DNA of 64,000 nucleotides from Candidatus Nanohaloarchaea archaeon (lineage in GTDB: Archaea > Nanohalarchaeota > Nanosalinia > Nanosalinales > Nanosalinaceae). Of this stretch, positions 60,070 to 64,000 are shown piece by piece; positions within the stretch are counted from its first letter, which is position 1, and each line of letters starts with the position of its first letter. The notes under the pieces were generated by a model. The model ran no database searches, had not been told where the DNA came from, and saw only the letters and a list, made by a program, of their open reading frames with translations. Location of the stretch: positions 68,716 through 132,715 of the forward strand of contig JBDGRK010000005.1 of NCBI GenBank assembly GCA_042218075.1, written 5' to 3'. Both the position numbers and the translations under genes were made by a program.

Positions 60070-60267
60070 CTATCCCAGGGAAAAAGTTGCGCCTCGACCC
60101 TTCGTGTCGAAATCAAGCTTCCCCTCTCTGGCCAGCCATCCGATAGCCATGCAAACCTTGGAGCGAGGAGCATCAACATTTTTGTCAATCTGTCTCAGAG
60201 ATGTCTCCCCCTCTTCATCCAGAAACCTCCAAACCTCTCCCGCGGTCTCGCCTATCTCATCGTACAT
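60070..60267 (-). CDS. Small winged-helix protein (DUF2582-like)
   Basis: IGETAGEVWRFL...MAIGWLAREGKL. Confidence 0.82.
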   Translation of the reverse strand: MYDEIGETAGEVWRFLDEEGETSLRQIDKNVDAPRSKVCMAIGWLAREGKLDFDTKGRGATFSLG

Positions 60268-60425
60268 AAACCTTCCTTGGGGAATAATAACGCAGAGCTG
60301 TTTAAAAAACTAGCTAAAGCCTAGAAAACTGATCAATTTGTACTAACTCTCTATTCGATAAAAATTCAAAATATATTAAAGTAAGATCGATCCTTGAATA
60401 ATTGTACTTAAGCTGCAACTTTGAA

Positions 60426-60686
60426 GCCTCGGTGGCTCAGCTTGGCTAGAGCGGTCCCCTCGTAAGGTTACGCTCTTCGCGAAACTCCTTCTGGAGTTTC
60501 TGTGAACGCACAAAATCGCCTCCAGCGATTTTGGAGTACATCGCAACAAGCCATGCGCGTTGCGCATCGCTTCTGGATTCTTCAGGACTCGAGGCGGCAG
60601 CCGAGAGTGGAACCCGGTTGAACCAGAAGTGGAAGGGCTACCTCTTAGGTAGGGACAGATCCCGGGTTCAAATCCCGGCCGGGGCT
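60426..60686 (+). tRNA. tRNA-Thr(CGU) with a 186-nt intron
   Basis: Acceptor GCCTCGG/CCGGGGC, U73, D-stem GCTC/GAGC, anticodon stem GTCCC/GGGAC with CT-CGT-A, T-arm CCGGG-TTCAAAT-CCCGG. Confidence 0.92.
60465..60650 (+). other. tRNA intron at 37/38 (register ambiguous up to 40/41)
   Basis: Removal restores a canonical 7-nt anticodon loop; the intron contains several perfect hairpins. Confidence 0.85.
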
Positions 60687-60824
60687 TACCAAGGTTAATT
60701 TGGGAAGTCCCAAGCGTCCAAATAAGCACCGGTTACCGGCCGGGGGCTTAGCTTTGGCTTTTTCACCGCTTTTAGAGCCTGAAGTCTTAGAATTTTAATT
60801 TGAAACTCTGAGGATTTGAACCTG

Positions 60825-61376
60825 TCAACTACTTTTTATGCTGATTAAAATTGGAGAGCAATTCAAGGTATCTCTCAGATTTTCGATAGAATCCATAAAC
60901 CTTGATTTTGGAATCTGTATCTCTCGTCCAGTCCAGGAATCATTCACAGTAAATTTGCCGTTTTGATAATCACTCAAAACCACCCAATGTGCAAAATGTG
61001 TATACATATCCAAATTCCATTTATCAAGTAAAACTATAGCGAAACCTGTTTCAACAGATTCTATGTAATTATCTGCTGATAATATTTCATGTTTAGGTTC
61101 AATGTTATTCTCCAGAGTTTCTGAAAGTTTTTGATATTTCCAGACAAGATAATCTGATTCTATGAAAACATTGACACTATGCTCCTTCATTAGTTCACTA
61201 ATCAAGTAAGGCTCGTAGCACTCTCTGTCAAATCTAAATGACCTCTCCATCAACTCAAGTTCTTTGTCCTTGTCAAACTCAAAATCTTCATCGTAGTAAG
61301 ATTTTATCATTCCGTAGCAATTCATGAAACAACCGAAAGGCGTAGCCTGTTCTAATGTATTTAATTCGTTTTCCAT
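60825..61376 (-). CDS. C39-like cysteine peptidase
   Basis: EQATPFGC (Q..C), HWVVL, VNDSW. Confidence 0.65.
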   Translation of the reverse strand: MENELNTLEQATPFGCFMNCYGMIKSYYDEDFEFDKDKELELMERSFRFDRECYEPYLISELMKEHSVNVFIESDYLVWKYQKLSETLENNIEPKHEILSADNYIESVETGFAIVLLDKWNLDMYTHFAHWVVLSDYQNGKFTVNDSWTGREIQIPKSRFMDSIENLRDTLNCSPILISIKSS

Positions 61377-61526
61377 CTTTACAAGGAGCTTAAGTAACCT
61401 CAAATTTTTTCAATCTTACTAAAAATAAATTAAATCAATTAATTTATATTTTATAGCTAATTTCTAGCTTTACATATTTTAGCCGCAAGGTATGAACTCT
61501 TAGGTCTTGTAGCTGAGAAAATATCT

Positions 61527-61844
61527 TTAAGCCGGCTGTCCTGTAATGCCTCTCATAGGTAGGTTAAGAGATGTTTCTTTTTCATCCCTTCTTAACGTGA
61601 TAGTCACCATCATAGATTCTTCATCGTCCTTGACGACTATCTCTATATCCTCTATATTAGAGAGTTCTTCCTTAGTGAGAGGCAGTCTTTCACTAGCACC
61701 TATAACTTCAAGACCAAGAAAGTCGCCCTCCGAGTTAACATCTACCACAAAGTTTGCGATATCAATACTTCTCTCGTAATCATCGTAGTCTCCATACTCG
61801 AATACTGCAATATCATCTTTTTCATGGTATTCAAATCTTGTCAT
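61527..61844 (-). CDS. DUF2283-like protein (putative antitoxin)
   Basis: YHEKDDIA...VVDVNSEGDFLGLEVIGAS. Confidence 0.75.
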   Translation of the reverse strand: MTRFEYHEKDDIAVFEYGDYDDYERSIDIANFVVDVNSEGDFLGLEVIGASERLPLTKEELSNIEDIEIVVKDDEESMMVTITLRRDEKETSLNLPMRGITGQPA

Positions 61845-61861
61845 AAAAGGCCTTCATTCTA

Positions 61862-62155
61862 TTATTTGTTCCATACGCTTTTAACATATATTTCATTTCC
61901 GTCCATATTGAAGTAGATAGGCATCTCGTAGAAACTGCCTTTAGAAGTCTCGATGGTTACTTTGTATGTTTTGTTATACCTCGGGTCTTCCTGGTCATTC
62001 GGGCGGACACTGTGAATATCTAAATCCTTTAGTTTCTGCTTTATCTGTTTCAAGTTGACATTTCTCTGTTTAACTCTTCTATGAGAATATGGAGCAATAC
62101 GGACTTCACTATCAACCGTCTTTAATTCAGAAATTACCTCTTCAACTGAAACCAT
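61862..62155 (-). CDS. DUF4258-like protein (putative RelE/BrnT-type toxin)
   Basis: YSHRRVKQRNV...YVKSVW; directly upstream of the DUF2283-like gene. Confidence 0.6.
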   Translation of the reverse strand: MVSVEEVISELKTVDSEVRIAPYSHRRVKQRNVNLKQIKQKLKDLDIHSVRPNDQEDPRYNKTYKVTIETSKGSFYEMPIYFNMDGNEIYVKSVWNK

Positions 62156-62248
62156 AAAGTAAAACTCTATTCTTTTGCTTAAATTAACTGACTAATCCTA
62201 CTATTAGCCTTAAGGTATGAACTAAGAGTTCACCGACCGGCCGGGGCT

Positions 62249-63394
62249 TCATTCCTTTATCTCCGGTTTCTCGAGGTCTTTCCTGGTCAGTATCTTGACT
62301 GAGCCGGAGGTAGCTCTTCCTGTTTTCTCCATTCCAATAATGTAGGAAGCACCGGATTCTTCAACAGTTTCAATCTCTTCCACGTCTATTTCGCCGTCGA
62401 AAACTATCGACTCGCATTCCCCTATATTCCGAACCTGCTCAAAGTCGCTTCCTGGCATTCTATCCACCTCCTCAAGATTCTCGTCCAGAACGCAGACTGC
62501 TCGAGTCCCGACCAGATCCTCCAGAATTTGGCTCATTCTTTCAAGTTTTTCATCCGCCATCTTTTCCTGCTCAACTTCCTTCTCCCTAACGAACTTCAAA
62601 GGCTGCTTGTCCCTGATGCATTCGAAGACCTTCTCCTTTCCAAGCTCCTCCACCTCTTTTTTATCAGGGGCTCTCGCGATGTATTCCACCGATGCTTTCT
62701 GCCTGAGCTCCTTAAGTATAAGTTCTCCCCCCCTGTCTCCGTCAAGGAATGCCGTTACAGTCTTCCCATCCGAAATCTCTTCTATATCCTCGGGTATCGA
62801 GGTGCCGCCTATAGCGACAGCATTCTTGATGCCGTAACTCATCAGGTTCAGCAGGTCGGCCTTGCCCTCCACCAGGACAACTTCGTCCGATACCTCTGCT
62901 TCCGGTCCGGCCTGGAAGCCACGATACTCTGTAATCTCTGAGGTTCTCACCTCTCTCTTGACCTCATCAGTTATCCTGTTCTTCTCCGGTTTTTCGTCCT
63001 TTATATCCTTGAGAAGCTGCTTCGCCCTCTTGACTATAAAGTCTCTCTTCGATGTTCTCTGATCCTGTATTTCTTTAACTTTAATATCCGCAGAGCTTGG
63101 TCCAACCCTCTCTATAGTCTCCAGGGATGCCGCTAGAAGAGCAGTCTCGGTAGAATCAAGTGAAGAAGGTATCTTTATCTCCGCACTCGAGCTTCCCTCA
63201 TCAACCTCAACCTGGACATCAATCCTTCCAACCCTGCCTTTCTCCTGTAGTTCCCTTAGATCGAGCTCTTCACCCAGCAGTCCTTCAGTCTGGCCGAAAA
63301 TGGCTCCAACAATATCCGGCTTTTCAACAAGGCCTCCCGCCCTCATTTCGACCTTTATCACGTATTTTGCAGAGTTCTGGGCGACCTTTCCCAT
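62249..63394 (-). CDS. dnaG: Archaeal DnaG
   Basis: VEKPDIVGAIFGQTEGLLG, TOPRIM VEGKAD and FLDGDRGG. Confidence 0.95.
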   Translation of the reverse strand: MGKVAQNSAKYVIKVEMRAGGLVEKPDIVGAIFGQTEGLLGEELDLRELQEKGRVGRIDVQVEVDEGSSSAEIKIPSSLDSTETALLAASLETIERVGPSSADIKVKEIQDQRTSKRDFIVKRAKQLLKDIKDEKPEKNRITDEVKREVRTSEITEYRGFQAGPEAEVSDEVVLVEGKADLLNLMSYGIKNAVAIGGTSIPEDIEEISDGKTVTAFLDGDRGGELILKELRQKASVEYIARAPDKKEVEELGKEKVFECIRDKQPLKFVREKEVEQEKMADEKLERMSQILEDLVGTRAVCVLDENLEEVDRMPGSDFEQVRNIGECESIVFDGEIDVEEIETVEESGASYIIGMEKTGRATSGSVKILTRKDLEKPEIKE

Positions 63395-63639
63395 CAGAAA
63401 TCCCCCAGTGCTTCCATGAATTCTTTTTCGTCAAGAGATGTTTTCAGCTTTTTCCTCCCTGACCTATGGCCGGAAACGATAGCCGGTCTCTCATCCAGGA
63501 TATTTTCTAGCCTGTTCAGGAGCTCTGAGTTTGCTCTACCGTTCTCTGGCTTATTTTCAAGGAAAATCTCCGGCATACTGTTTAACTCTACATCAAATTC
63601 ATCGGACCCTGGAACCACCTTGATGTAGATTTCACTCAT
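63394..63639 (-). CDS. DUF167 (UPF0235) protein
   Basis: IKVVPGS...PENGRANSEL...IVSGHRSGRK. Confidence 0.85.
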   Translation of the reverse strand: MSEIYIKVVPGSDEFDVELNSMPEIFLENKPENGRANSELLNRLENILDERPAIVSGHRSGRKKLKTSLDEKEFMEALGDF

Positions 63640-63660
63640 TTGATCACCAGGAAAATAGGT

Positions 63661-63748
63661 TAATCTGGCTGCCCTGTAACACAGCCGATCATGCCGCCTA
63701 CCCTCTCGGGGGCGAACTCACGGCCGCTGACCGCGGGACAGCCACGCA
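63661..63748 (-). ncRNA. Box H/ACA guide RNA, predicted target 23S rRNA helix 69 (U1915, E. coli numbering)
   Basis: P1 GGCUGUCC/GGGCAGCC, pocket arms CGCGGUCA and GUUACA, P2 GCGGCCG/CGGCUGU, K-turn-like UGA/AUGA, AGA box 14 nt from the pocket top; own TTTAAG TATA box. Confidence 0.78.
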
Positions 63749-63776
63749 TACTAGTCCAACCCAAGGCTTAAAGTAT

Positions 63777-64000
63777 TCAGAAAATACCGTCCCATCTTCC
63801 GCTCCTGTACGAAGCAGTTTCAAATAATTCTTCAAAACCTCTGTCAGAATAAAACTCGGATAATCCCGGATCAGTCACAATATATACTTCGTCCCTCCTT
63901 TCCAAAGCCTTTTCCAGTAGTCTGCGCATTATCTCTGTAGCAATTCCCCGCCCCCTGTACTCTTCAACGGTGGAAAGCGTATAGATGTAAGCGCCATCTG
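63777..64000 (-). CDS. GNAT acetyltransferase, C-terminal part (starts beyond the right edge)
   Basis: IYTLSTVEEYRGRGIAT motif A and FYSDRGF motif B. Confidence 0.8.
   Translation of the reverse strand, partial: DGAYIYTLSTVEEYRGRGIATEIMRRLLEKALERRDEVYIVTDPGLSEFYSDRGFEELFETASYRSGRWDGIF

Larger units (their letters stand above)
60675..62249. mobile_element. Small AT-rich island integrated at the tRNA-Thr 3' end (no integrase)
   Basis: tRNA 3' end CCGGCCGGGGCTT (60675-87) repeated at 62237-49 and, with one extra G, at 60736-49. Confidence 0.65.

Noticed and set aside
60465-60650. tRNA intron as a group I or group II ribozyme
   Set aside because: No splice register gives both a 5'-exon U and a terminal G while keeping A37; no clear P7/S element; no GUGYG...AY ends
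60376-60729. 117-aa minus-strand ORF
   Set aside because: It is antisense to tRNA-Thr and its intron, and its composition is unlike the proteome

Overview
Archaeal chromosomal segment, most likely from a Nanohaloarchaeota (DPANN) genome. The proteome is very acidic and the window carries archaeal radA/radB, PolB, DnaG, RPA, two histones, an intein-containing CDC48, PDH (pdhABC-lpdA), ADP-forming acetate-CoA ligase, malic enzyme and grpE-dnaK-dnaJ. Most genes are housekeeping; the main signals are intergenic. (1) Four unannotated 29-40 aa leader ORFs end in amino-acid-specific runs: Ile before ilvA, Leu, Ile/Leu/Val, and Lys/Phe. Each is followed by mutually exclusive hairpins that hide or free the downstream SD/AUG, which suggests an archaeal leader-peptide translational attenuation system. 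(2) A ~530-nt independently transcribed, highly structured RNA (39684-40217) has end-to-end pairing that gives a tRNA-like 7+5 bp minihelix, plus an internal start-less acidic ORF ending ...LTATAL, reminiscent of tmRNA. (3) An 18-bp box occurs in the promoter of a small wHTH gene and three times in an AT-rich intergenic region, a candidate origin or operator array. Also present: an H/ACA guide RNA predicted to target 23S rRNA helix 69, a tRNA-Thr(CGU) with a 186-nt structured intron followed by a small att-flanked island, and a low-GC three-gene caspase-fold protease cassette. All calls come from reading the sequence by eye; no database searches or folding programs were run.
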